Origin: Candidatus Eiseniibacteriota bacterium
Lineage (GTDB): Bacteria > Eisenbacteria > RBG-16-71-46 > JABDJR01
Length of the DNA stretch: 64,000 nt
Reading direction: 5' to 3'
Assembly: GCA_963783375.1 (NCBI GenBank)
Contig: CAWANH010000029.1
Coordinates: 416,001 to 480,000 of the forward strand
The translations under genes and the position numbers were made by a program. The notes beneath the pieces were generated by a model. The model saw nothing but the letters and a program-made list of their open reading frames with translations. It did no database searches and was not told where the DNA came from. Shown piece after piece: positions 1 to 8,647 of the stretch (the first letter of the stretch is position 1; every line of letters starts with the position of its first letter).

Positions 1-57
1 GCCGGCCGCGCTTCGCGGCTTCGACGCGGCGATGCGTGACGCCGACGCGCGCCGCCG

Positions 58-86
58 TTGACCCTGACCGGGTACGGCGATAGACT
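58..86 (+). promoter_or_regulatory. sigma70-type promoter upstream of scpA
   Basis: TTGACC-N17-TAGACT. Confidence 0.6.
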
Positions 87-137
87 GCGCCCTTCCGCCG
101 AACCACCCAATGCCGAGCGCCGGGGAGGGCGCGCACC

Positions 138-1196
138 TTGATTCTGGACGCCGACGATCGCTCACCGGACGAAGGGGAGGCCGAGGCCCCGCGGCCGGTG
201 GAGCCGATCTACCCCATGGGACCGGCCATGCACGTCCCCGCCGAGGCGGTCCAGCTCACCTTCCTCGATCCCCGGTCCGCCCTCCGCGAGGTCACCGAGA
301 CCGGTGAGGACGGCGAGGAGGAAGCGTTCGAGTTCAAGAGCCCCCTGGGGATCCGCCTTCCGGTCTTCGAGGGACCGCTCGATCTGCTTCTCTACCTGAT
401 CCGCCGGGACAAGCTCGATATCTACGACATCCCCATCGGCCACATCACCGAACAATACCTGGGCATGCTCGGGGTGATGAAGGTGCTGGACCTCGAGGTG
501 GCCGGCGATTTCCTGGTCATGGCCGCCACCCTCATGCGGCTGAAGGCCCGCATGCTGCTTCCCACCTGGCCCGAGGGCGAGGACGAGGACGACGATCCGC
601 GGGCCGAGCTGATCGGCCAGCTCCTGGAGTACCGCCGGTTCAAGGAGGCCGCCCGCCGGCTCAAGGACCAGGAAGAGGCGCGTCGGCTCTGGTACGGGCG
701 CGGCTTCGTTCCCAGCTACGAGAACGATCTTCCTCCCGAGCTGGAGCCGGTCTCCCATTTCGCCCTCATCGAGGTCATGAAAGAGGTGCTGGCCCGGGTG
801 GGGGAGGAGTTCTTCTATGAGGTGGAGCTCGAGGACGTCACCCTGGAAGAGAAGGTCGCCCTGGTGCTCGGGGAGCTCGAGGGCCACGGGCGCGCCCTCT
901 TCCTGGACCTGGTCACCCGGTTTCCCCGGCGCATGCACGTGGTGGTGACCTTCATGGCCATTCTCGAGCTCTCCAAGCAGGGACGGGTGGCGGTGGCCCA
1001 GGAGAAGGCGTTCGGACAGATCTGGATCTACCCGGTGCGGGAGGGCAAGGTGGTTCTGACCGCGGCGGAGGAGGGGGACGCCGTCCCGCACCCCGACGCC
1101 GGCCAGGGCGCGGCGGGCCCGCCCGCCCCCGAACCGGAAACGAGGCCCGAGGGCGAGGACGCCGGGCGGGCGGAGGACGTGGATGGAACCCCATGA
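138..1196 (+). CDS. scpA: Segregation and condensation protein A (kleisin)
   Basis: FEGPLDLLLYLIRRDKLDIYDIPI and FLVMAATLMRLKARMLLP motifs; C-terminal VVTFMAILEL; start codon uncertain. Confidence 0.93.
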   Translation: MILDADDRSPDEGEAEAPRPVEPIYPMGPAMHVPAEAVQLTFLDPRSALREVTETGEDGEEEAFEFKSPLGIRLPVFEGPLDLLLYLIRRDKLDIYDIPIGHITEQYLGMLGVMKVLDLEVAGDFLVMAATLMRLKARMLLPTWPEGEDEDDDPRAELIGQLLEYRRFKEAARRLKDQEEARRLWYGRGFVPSYENDLPPELEPVSHFALIEVMKEVLARVGEEFFYEVELEDVTLEEKVALVLGELEGHGRALFLDLVTRFPRRMHVVVTFMAILELSKQGRVAVAQEKAFGQIWIYPVREGKVVLTAAEEGDAVPHPDAGQGAAGPPAPEPETRPEGEDAGRAEDVDGTP

Positions 1197-2109
1197 GCTG
1201 AGCCCGCTGGTGGAGGCGCTGCTCTTCGCCGCCGCGGAGCCCATGACCGTGAACGCCGTGGTCAAGGCGGTGGACGACGAGGGGACGGGCGTCCCCGAAG
1301 TGCGGGCGGTGCTGGACGCCCTGACCGATCACTACGAGGTGCAGCCCCGGGGCTTCAAGCTGGTGAAGCTCGGAACCGGCTACCAGATCGTGACCCGGGA
1401 GCGCTACGCCCCGTGGGTGGAGGCGATGGTGGCCGGGAAGCGAAAGACCCGCCTCTCCCGCCCCGCCCTGGAGACCGCGGCGGTGATCGCCTACAAGCAG
1501 CCCATCACGCGGCTCGACGTGGAGCGGATCCGGGGGGTGGACGCCGGGGCGGTGCTCAACACCCTCCTGGAGCGGAGCCTGATCATGATCAAGGGGCGCG
1601 ATCCCGGACCGGGGCGTCCCCTCCTCTACGGCACCACCCAGCAGTTCCTGGACTACTTCGGGTTGGCCAAGCTCAGCGATCTCCCGCGGCTGGACGAGAT
1701 CGCCGCCCTGGCCCGGACCGAGGCGCCGGGGATCTGGGACGACAGCGAGCGGGCCCGCTTCGAGAAGCACGGGGTGGAGCCGGACTCCGTACCTCTTCCC
1801 GGAGGGGAGGAGGGACCCGACCCCGAGGCGCCGGGGGCGGAGTTCGCCGAGGCCGCCGGCGGGGCGGGGAACGAGGGCGCCGGCGCCTCGACGGTTCTGA
1901 TCCCCGAGGAGGACCGGGAAGGCGACCGGGCGGAGTTCCTCGAGGTGGTTTCGGAGCTGGCCGGTGAGGCCGACGACGATCCGGACCGCGGGGATCCGCC
2001 GTCCGGTCTCGACGACGAGGATGCCCCGGACCTCGGGAGCGCGGCGCCCGATCTCGACTCGGACGACGGCGACGCGAGATCGGAGGAGTCCGTCCGGCCC
2101 CCCTCATGA
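1183..2109 (+). CDS. scpB: SMC-Scp complex subunit ScpB with acidic C-terminal tail
   Basis: LSRPALETAAVIAYKQPITR, IRGVD, GRPLLYGTTQQFLDYFGL; overlaps scpA. Confidence 0.95.
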   Translation: MEPHELSPLVEALLFAAAEPMTVNAVVKAVDDEGTGVPEVRAVLDALTDHYEVQPRGFKLVKLGTGYQIVTRERYAPWVEAMVAGKRKTRLSRPALETAAVIAYKQPITRLDVERIRGVDAGAVLNTLLERSLIMIKGRDPGPGRPLLYGTTQQFLDYFGLAKLSDLPRLDEIAALARTEAPGIWDDSERARFEKHGVEPDSVPLPGGEEGPDPEAPGAEFAEAAGGAGNEGAGASTVLIPEEDREGDRAEFLEVVSELAGEADDDPDRGDPPSGLDDEDAPDLGSAAPDLDSDDGDARSEESVRPPS

Positions 2110-3179
2110 GCGAGCAACTCGCCCGGCTCCGGACCCGGATCGACGATCTCGATCGCCGCCTCCTGGAGCTCCTCATCCGGCGGGCGGAGGCGGCGCGGGC
2201 CATCGGCGGACTCAAGGCGCGCACCGGTTCCACGGTGCTGGACCCCGGCCGGGAACGGGAGATCCTGGGCCGGCTCGAGACCCTGAACGCCGGGCGCTAC
2301 CCCCCCGAGGCGCTGACCGCGATCTTCCGCGAGATCATCTCCGCCTCCCGCGCCCTGGAAGCTCCCATCACCGTGGGCTACCTCGGCCGCCCCGGGGGAT
2401 TCGCCGAGCTGGCCACCCGCCGCCGGTTCGGCTCCGGGGCCACGGTGAGCGCCTACGTCGACGCCGCCCACCTCGTCCGCGATCTCGACACCGGGCGGGT
2501 GGAGTACGCGCTCATCGCTCGGGAAGTGGGGGACGAGGATCCCGCTCTCGACACCTTCGACCTCTTCCTGGACGCGCGGGTGACCCTGTTCGGCGAGTTC
2601 GTGCTGGCCCGGGGATACGCGGTCCTCATGAAGGGCCCGCGGACGGCGGAACGGCCCTCGGTGGTCTACGGGCACCCCGGTGCCCTCGCCCGCTGCCGGG
2701 AATGGCTGGCCGCCCATCCGGAGGCCACGGTGATCGCCGCCGCCGGCTCCCGCGAGGCGGCGGCGGCGGTGACCCGGCGGGGCGAGGCGGCCCTGGCCCC
2801 GGCGAGCCTGGCCGACGGCCGGAAGCTGGTGGTCGCCGCGTCCTCGGTCGAGGACGATCCCGACCCCCGGCGGCGTTTCTTCCTCCTGGCCCGGACCGCC
2901 CCCCGGCGAAGCGGGCGCGATCGGACCGCCCTGGTCTGCGTGCTCCCCAACCGTCCCGGCGTGCTGGCCGGGTTCCTCACCGTGTTCGCCGACCATCGGG
3001 CCAACGTGGCCTGGATCGAGATACGCGAGAGCCGCCACCGCCCGTGGGAGCACGCGTTCCTCATCGAGGTGGACGGTCACACCGCCGACCCCGGGGTGAA
3101 GCGCGCCCTGGCCGCGGCGGGGGAGATCGCCTCCCACCTCCAGGTGCTCGGGTCCTACCCGGTCGAGACGTCGGCCTGA
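2106..3179 (+). CDS. pheA: Chorismate mutase / prephenate dehydratase-like P-protein (PDT motifs degenerate)
   Basis: AroQ motif LRTRIDDLDRRLLELL..R...IGGLK...DPGRE; PDT-like middle; ACT domain PNRPGVL...VLGSYP. Confidence 0.8.
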   Translation: MSEQLARLRTRIDDLDRRLLELLIRRAEAARAIGGLKARTGSTVLDPGREREILGRLETLNAGRYPPEALTAIFREIISASRALEAPITVGYLGRPGGFAELATRRRFGSGATVSAYVDAAHLVRDLDTGRVEYALIAREVGDEDPALDTFDLFLDARVTLFGEFVLARGYAVLMKGPRTAERPSVVYGHPGALARCREWLAAHPEATVIAAAGSREAAAAVTRRGEAALAPASLADGRKLVVAASSVEDDPDPRRRFFLLARTAPRRSGRDRTALVCVLPNRPGVLAGFLTVFADHRANVAWIEIRESRHRPWEHAFLIEVDGHTADPGVKRALAAAGEIASHLQVLGSYPVETSA

Positions 3180-3204
3180 AGCGGCGGCGTCCTAGCGACG
3201 CCGT

Positions 3205-4983
3205 TCAGAGGACCCGGAACCCCTCGTCCTGGTTGCTGAGGATCCACGCCACCGCGGTACCGATCTCGATCTGTTCCGAGAAGTAGGTCGAGCGGTTGAC
3301 CCGGGCCGTGGCCCAGCTCTCCCCGTCCCGGGTGGAGCGGCTCTCTTCCATGTGGGCCAGGGTCTCGAGCCACCACGCCACCCGCGAGGGGCGGAGATCC
3401 ACCCAGGTGCCGACGTACTCGTCCAGCTTCTCCGGGGTGATGGCGATCTCGCTCCGGAACTTCCGGTAGGGGGGGGCCGAGATCATGGGGCCGCGGAGGA
3501 GCGTCTTTCCGTCCGGGCAGAGGATGGGGATACCCACCGAGGTGGCGAGGCTGGTGAGCAGGGGGTCGTCGTCGAGGAGCTTCATCAGGCGGTCGGCGAT
3601 GTCCGTCGCCGCCTTGGGTCCGGCCTTGGCTTCGGCCAGGACCGCGGGAAGGGTTCCGTAGGCCCGGCGGAAGAGGTAGATCTCGAAGAGATGCTTGGCC
3701 AGGCCGGGCGGGCCGAGCCGTCCCAGGGCGATGGAGGGCACGCCGTGCTTGGCCTCCAGCCGCTCCAGCATCTCACCCGCCGCCGAGCGCAGGAGTCCGG
3801 CCTTGTAGGTGGAGCCGAGCACGGAGGAGTCGATCGCGCTCACCACGTCGCGGCCGGTTCCGACCCCCTTCACTTCCAGGAGCACCACGTCGGCGATCTC
3901 CTCGGGGGTGATGTACTCCATCTGGTCCAGGGAGGTGATGGCCTCGAACTCCCCGCGGGTGAAGAGCCCGTTCTCGCCGGTGTCCACCAGGGGGACCCGG
4001 AGCCGGTCGGTGCCGTCGGGGCCGCGGAGCTTCTCGTAGCCGGTGGGATCGGGAGTGAGGTCCAGGGTCGGCCCCAGCTCCACCCGGCGGGGCCGGTAGA
4101 GGACGTAGGGCTCGCTCGCCTCACCCAGTTCGAAGACCGTCCGGTCGCCCTCCTCCCGGCGGTGGTACTGCTTGCCCACCGCGGCGCGGAACTCGACGCC
4201 CCGGTAGCCGATCAGGGCCGCCGGCTTCACTTCCTTGATGATGGGGCTCCCCGGGGTCCGGGCCATCAGGAAGAGCATGCCGCTGTGGGCGAAGGCGATG
4301 GCGTTCTTGTTGAGGAGCTGGGGACTCGGTCGTTCCTCGCCGTGGGTGTAGGGGATGTTGAGTCCCATGCCGCCGGTCCCGGTGGTCCCCACCTTGAGAT
4401 ACAGGCGGGCGCCGCACTCCACCAGGGCGCGGTTCAGGATCCGCACGTGGAGGATCAGCTGGGGAATGGAGATCGAGACCATGAGCTTCTCGACGTCCTC
4501 GCGAAGCTCCTCCGCTCCCTTCTCCCGGGCGTCGAGATCGGATTGGACCGCCTGGCAGGAGGTGTAGACGTCCTGGTAGGAGATGCCGGTGGCGGTGTTG
4601 ACGCAGTCCACGATCACGTCGGGCCGTTCCTGGAGAAGGAGCCGGGCCAGGAAGGAATCGCGGTAGGCGCCGTCGAAGTCGCGATAGGTGTCGGTGAAGA
4701 GGCGGCGGCGAAGCCCGGGGTCGCGCCGATGGGGCTGGCCTTCGCCGTCGTCCCCGGCGGGAATCGGTTCGCCGGGAAGGAAGAGGTCCCCGTGAAACCC
4801 CCGGACCCGGAGCGCCGGGAATTCCCCGGCGAGCTTCTCCACCGCGTCCCGGGTCTCGCCGGGGAAGCGCGCCGCGATCACCAGTTCCTCGATCCCGATG
4901 TGCGCGGCCAGGTTCCGCGCGACCTGGTAGCCCACCAGCCCACTTCCACCCAACACCATGGCCCGCCTGTCGCCCTGTCCCAT
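3205..4983 (-). CDS. Conserved hypothetical protein with N-terminal Rossmann (NAD(P)-binding, SDR-like) motif
   Basis: VLGGSGLVG near N-terminus, VIVDCVNTAT, KVGTTGTGGMGLNIPYTH; GGAGGAG SD before ATG 4983. Confidence 0.75.
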   Translation of the reverse strand: MGQGDRRAMVLGGSGLVGYQVARNLAAHIGIEELVIAARFPGETRDAVEKLAGEFPALRVRGFHGDLFLPGEPIPAGDDGEGQPHRRDPGLRRRLFTDTYRDFDGAYRDSFLARLLLQERPDVIVDCVNTATGISYQDVYTSCQAVQSDLDAREKGAEELREDVEKLMVSISIPQLILHVRILNRALVECGARLYLKVGTTGTGGMGLNIPYTHGEERPSPQLLNKNAIAFAHSGMLFLMARTPGSPIIKEVKPAALIGYRGVEFRAAVGKQYHRREEGDRTVFELGEASEPYVLYRPRRVELGPTLDLTPDPTGYEKLRGPDGTDRLRVPLVDTGENGLFTRGEFEAITSLDQMEYITPEEIADVVLLEVKGVGTGRDVVSAIDSSVLGSTYKAGLLRSAAGEMLERLEAKHGVPSIALGRLGPPGLAKHLFEIYLFRRAYGTLPAVLAEAKAGPKAATDIADRLMKLLDDDPLLTSLATSVGIPILCPDGKTLLRGPMISAPPYRKFRSEIAITPEKLDEYVGTWVDLRPSRVAWWLETLAHMEESRSTRDGESWATARVNRSTYFSEQIEIGTAVAWILSNQDEGFRVL

Positions 4984-5152
4984 GACCCTCTCCTCCGCTG
5001 AGCGCCGCACGCCCGGAAACCGTGGTTCACGTTCCCCGCCCCGGATTCCGGTTGTCGCCGCCGGGGCATTCGCCGGTAGTCATTGTAGCCGCCCCGCGGA
5101 TGGGAGGCGAGCCCCGCCCAGGGGAGAATCGACCCGACGCGGTCGCCGCCTC

Positions 5153-5181
5153 TTGAGCCGGCCGGCACGGGCCGATACACT
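5153..5181 (+). promoter_or_regulatory. sigma70-type promoter for hisC-aroA-cmk
   Basis: TTGAGC-N17-TACACT. Confidence 0.55.
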
Positions 5182-5216
5182 CGGCGGGCCACCCCCGGCA
5201 CCGAGGAATCCATTCC

Positions 5217-6323
5217 ATGCACGTTCGCGACGCGGTGAAGACCCTGACCCCCTACCGGCCGGGGCAAACCCTCCATGATTTGAAACGGTTCGGGCTCACG
5301 TCCTGCGTGAAGCTGGGGTCGAACGAGAACCCGCTCGGGCCCGCCCCCGAGGTGCGCCAAGCCATGCTCGACGCCCTCGCCGACACCCGGCTCTACCCCG
5401 ATCCTGGCTCCCCCCGCCTCCGCCGCGCCCTGGCCGAACACTACGGCCGCCGGGTGGAGGAGACCATCGCCGGCGCCGGAATCGACGATCTGCTCGACCT
5501 CACCGTGCGGTGCATGCTCGATCCGGGGGACGATCTCGTCCTGGCCCACCCCGGTTTCATCCGTTACGCGGTGGCCGCCCAGGCCGCGGGGGGCGCGGTG
5601 AAGGCGATCACCGGTCCCCCCGGATCCCCCTACGTCCACGATCTCGACGCGATGCTGGCCGCCGTCGGCCCCCGCACCCGGATCGTGGTGCTGGTGAATC
5701 CGAACAACCCCACCGGCTCCATGTTCGACCGCGATGCCCTGGATCGCTATCTGAAGCGCGTGCCCCCCGGTGTGCTCACCATCCTGGACGAGGCGTACTT
5801 CGAGTTCGTGGAGGACCCGTCCTATCCCGACGGCCTCGAGTTCCTGGATCGCGGAAAGCCGGTCATCGTCTTCCGGACCTTCTCCAAGATCCACTCCCTG
5901 GCCGGTCTCCGCGTGGGGTTCGGCTTCGGTCCGCCGGAGCTGATCGGGTTCCTGGACCGGGCGCGGCTTCCCTTCAACGTGAACGTGGTGGCTCAGAGCG
6001 CGGCCCTGGCCGCCCTCGGAGCCGTCGATCACGTGGCGCGGAGCCGACGCCTGGCCCGGAGCGAAACCGCCTTCCTCGCCCGCGGCCTTGCCGATCGCGG
6101 ATGGAGAACCCAGCCCACCCACACGAACTTCGTGTTCGCCGAGGCGCCGCTGGCGGGAACTCCTCTGGCCGAAGGTCTCCTCGCCCGGGGGTTCATTCTC
6201 CGACCGCTCACCGGGTTCGGGCTCCCCGACACTTTCTTCCGGGTGAGTCACGGCACCCGGGATCAGAACGAGGCCTTCCTCCGCGCCCTCGACGAGGTGA
6301 GCGCGGAGATCGCCCCCGCGTGA
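5217..6323 (+). CDS. hisC: Histidinol-phosphate / aromatic aminotransferase
   Basis: KLGSNENPLG, NPNNPTG, DEAYFEF, RTFSKIHSLAGLRVG (PLP lysine). Confidence 0.92.
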   Translation: MHVRDAVKTLTPYRPGQTLHDLKRFGLTSCVKLGSNENPLGPAPEVRQAMLDALADTRLYPDPGSPRLRRALAEHYGRRVEETIAGAGIDDLLDLTVRCMLDPGDDLVLAHPGFIRYAVAAQAAGGAVKAITGPPGSPYVHDLDAMLAAVGPRTRIVVLVNPNNPTGSMFDRDALDRYLKRVPPGVLTILDEAYFEFVEDPSYPDGLEFLDRGKPVIVFRTFSKIHSLAGLRVGFGFGPPELIGFLDRARLPFNVNVVAQSAALAALGAVDHVARSRRLARSETAFLARGLADRGWRTQPTHTNFVFAEAPLAGTPLAEGLLARGFILRPLTGFGLPDTFFRVSHGTRDQNEAFLRALDEVSAEIAPA

Positions 6324-7609
6324 GCATCGCCTCGCACCCGGTGGCCCCCTTCCGGTCGACGCCGCGGCTTCCGGGGGACAAGTCGATCACCCACCGTGCC
6401 TACCTCTTCGCGGGGATGGCGGCGGGGGATTCGGTGGTCGAGAATCCCAATCCCGGCGAGGATTGCCGAAATACCCTGGCCGCGCTCCGGATCCTGGGAG
6501 TGGGGGCGGACGGGGAGACGCCGGGCGCGGTCACCCTCCGGGGACGCGGCGGGTCGTTCGAGGCCCCGCGGTCGCCGATCGATCTCGGCAACTCGGGCAC
6601 CGGGCTCCGGCTCCTGCTTGGAGTCCTGGCCGGGCGGGCCATGACCGCGACCCTGACCGGGGATGCCTCGCTCCGCACCCGGCCGGTGGAGCGGGTGCTC
6701 GAACCGTTGCGGCTCATGGGGGCCCAAGCCGAAGCTCCCGGCGACCACCCGCCGGTAACCCTCACCGGAGGCCGGCTCCGCGGGATTCGCTGGAAGCTGC
6801 CGGTGCCAAGCGCCCAGGTGAAGTCGGCGTTGCTCCTGGCCGGGACCCAGGCCGAGGGGACCACGGTCATCGAGGGGGGCGGGGCGAGCCGCGACCACAC
6901 CGAGCGCTTCCTGCTCGCGGGGGGCTACCCGATCACCGTGGACGGAGACCGGATCGCGATCGAGGGTCCCTTCGGGATCAAGCCGTTTGCGATACACGTC
7001 CCCGCCGATCCCTCGGCGGCCGCGTTCTGGGGCGCGGCGGCGGCGTTGGTCCCGGGAAGTCAAGTCTTGCTTCAAGAGGTGAGCGTAAACCCAACCCGGA
7101 CAGCCGGATTCCTGGCATTGGAGGAGATGGGGGCGGGTTTCGACCGGGAGGCTCCGGCCGGGGACATCGAACCCCGGGCCAACGCGCGGGTGCGATCCGG
7201 GACCCTCCGGGGGATCACCTTGGGCCCCGACCGCGTCCCGGGGCTGATCGACGAGCTCCCGATTCTGGCGGTGGCCGCGGCCTTCGCCGAAGGGACCACC
7301 GTGGTGCGCGGGGCGGGGGAACTCAAGCTGAAGGAGAGCGACCGCCTGGAGGCGGTGGCCGAAGGGCTTCGAGCCATCGGGGCCACGGTGAACCTGCTCG
7401 AGGATGGCTGGCAGATCACCGGGAGCGGGGGAACGCCCCTTCCCGGAGGCGTGGTGCGGAGTTTCGGGGACCACCGGGTGGCCATGGCCTTTCTGGTGGC
7501 CGGCCTCCGGTGCCGGAGCGGGGTGAAGATCGCCGACCCCCCCGGTATCGGAACCTCGGACCCGTACTTCCTGGAGAACCTGAACCAACTCCTGGAAGAA
7601 AGACTATGA
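6320..7609 (+). CDS. aroA: EPSP synthase (class II)
   Basis: PGDKSITHRA, GNSGTGLRL, SAQVKSA, SRDHTER, KESDR, GDHRVAMAF; GTG overlaps hisC stop. Confidence 0.95.
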   Translation: MSIASHPVAPFRSTPRLPGDKSITHRAYLFAGMAAGDSVVENPNPGEDCRNTLAALRILGVGADGETPGAVTLRGRGGSFEAPRSPIDLGNSGTGLRLLLGVLAGRAMTATLTGDASLRTRPVERVLEPLRLMGAQAEAPGDHPPVTLTGGRLRGIRWKLPVPSAQVKSALLLAGTQAEGTTVIEGGGASRDHTERFLLAGGYPITVDGDRIAIEGPFGIKPFAIHVPADPSAAAFWGAAAALVPGSQVLLQEVSVNPTRTAGFLALEEMGAGFDREAPAGDIEPRANARVRSGTLRGITLGPDRVPGLIDELPILAVAAAFAEGTTVVRGAGELKLKESDRLEAVAEGLRAIGATVNLLEDGWQITGSGGTPLPGGVVRSFGDHRVAMAFLVAGLRCRSGVKIADPPGIGTSDPYFLENLNQLLEERL

Positions 7610-8328
7610 CAGCACGTTCCGCCTCTCTCGATTCCATCCGGGTGGCCATCGACGGTCCGGCCGGAGTGGGGAAGACCACCACCGCCCGGGCCCTGGCCGA
7701 CCAGCTCAGGCTCCTCTACGTGGACACCGGGGCCATGTACCGCGCCCTGGCGGTGCAGGCGGAGGAGGTCGGGGTCTCTCCCGACGACGCCGGGGCCTCG
7801 GAGGGGTTGGCGCGGCGCGCCCGGCTCCGGCTGGAGCGGGCCCCCGACGGAACCCTGCGGGTGGAGATCGAAGGGCGGGATGTGACCGAGGCCATCCGCA
7901 CCGACCGGGCCTCGGACGGAGCGAGCCGCATATCCGTCCATCCCGGGGTGCGCCGGGAGCTGGTGCGCTGGCAGCGGGAGCTGGCCGCCGCGGGAGGGGT
8001 GGTGATGGAGGGCCGGGACATCGGGACGGTGGTGCTCCCGGACGCCGAGGCCAAGGTGTTCCTCACCGCCTCCCCCGAGGAGCGGGCGCGCCGGCGGCAC
8101 CGCGAGCTCCAGGCCCAGGGGCGGAACCCGACCTTCGAATCGGTGCTTCGGGACCTCCGGGAACGGGACGCCCGGGACCAGGGCCGGGAGAGCTCTCCCT
8201 TGCGCCCTGCAAAGGACGCGGTTGTGCTAGACTGTACCGCCCTTGGAGCCCCCGATCAGGTGGCCGCGGTCCGCCGGGTGGTGGAAGCGCTGGTGGCCAT
8301 GGGCCGGGGGGCGTTCGAGAAGAATTGA
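7606..8328 (+). CDS. cmk: Cytidylate kinase
   Basis: AIDGPAGVGKTT, DTGAMYR, EGRDIGTVVLPDA; ATGA overlap with aroA. Confidence 0.95.
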   Translation: MTARSASLDSIRVAIDGPAGVGKTTTARALADQLRLLYVDTGAMYRALAVQAEEVGVSPDDAGASEGLARRARLRLERAPDGTLRVEIEGRDVTEAIRTDRASDGASRISVHPGVRRELVRWQRELAAAGGVVMEGRDIGTVVLPDAEAKVFLTASPEERARRRHRELQAQGRNPTFESVLRDLRERDARDQGRESSPLRPAKDAVVLDCTALGAPDQVAAVRRVVEALVAMGRGAFEKN

Positions 8329-8647
8329 CCCTCCCGCCCGATGTGGGCTCGCGGCCGCGGGGCCGTGGGGCGGCGCGCCGTACCGCGCCGTCGGACCCGC
8401 GCGGGAGGATGTTCCGGACCGGGAGACCCGCGGATCCGGACGCATGAGTTCCCAAACCGCATTCGCCGGGGGAACCGTGCGCCCGTCCCGGGTTGCGACC
8501 GGTCCGGCGATGGGCGCTGGATAACCGAACCAGGCGGGTTCGGGCGACGTTCGGCACGGGGTCGAACGCCGATGTCCCGGAACCGCCGCACGAACCGAGC
8601 GGGAGACGCAGGGCGCGTCCTCCCTCATTCGGAGGACCCCAACCGAC

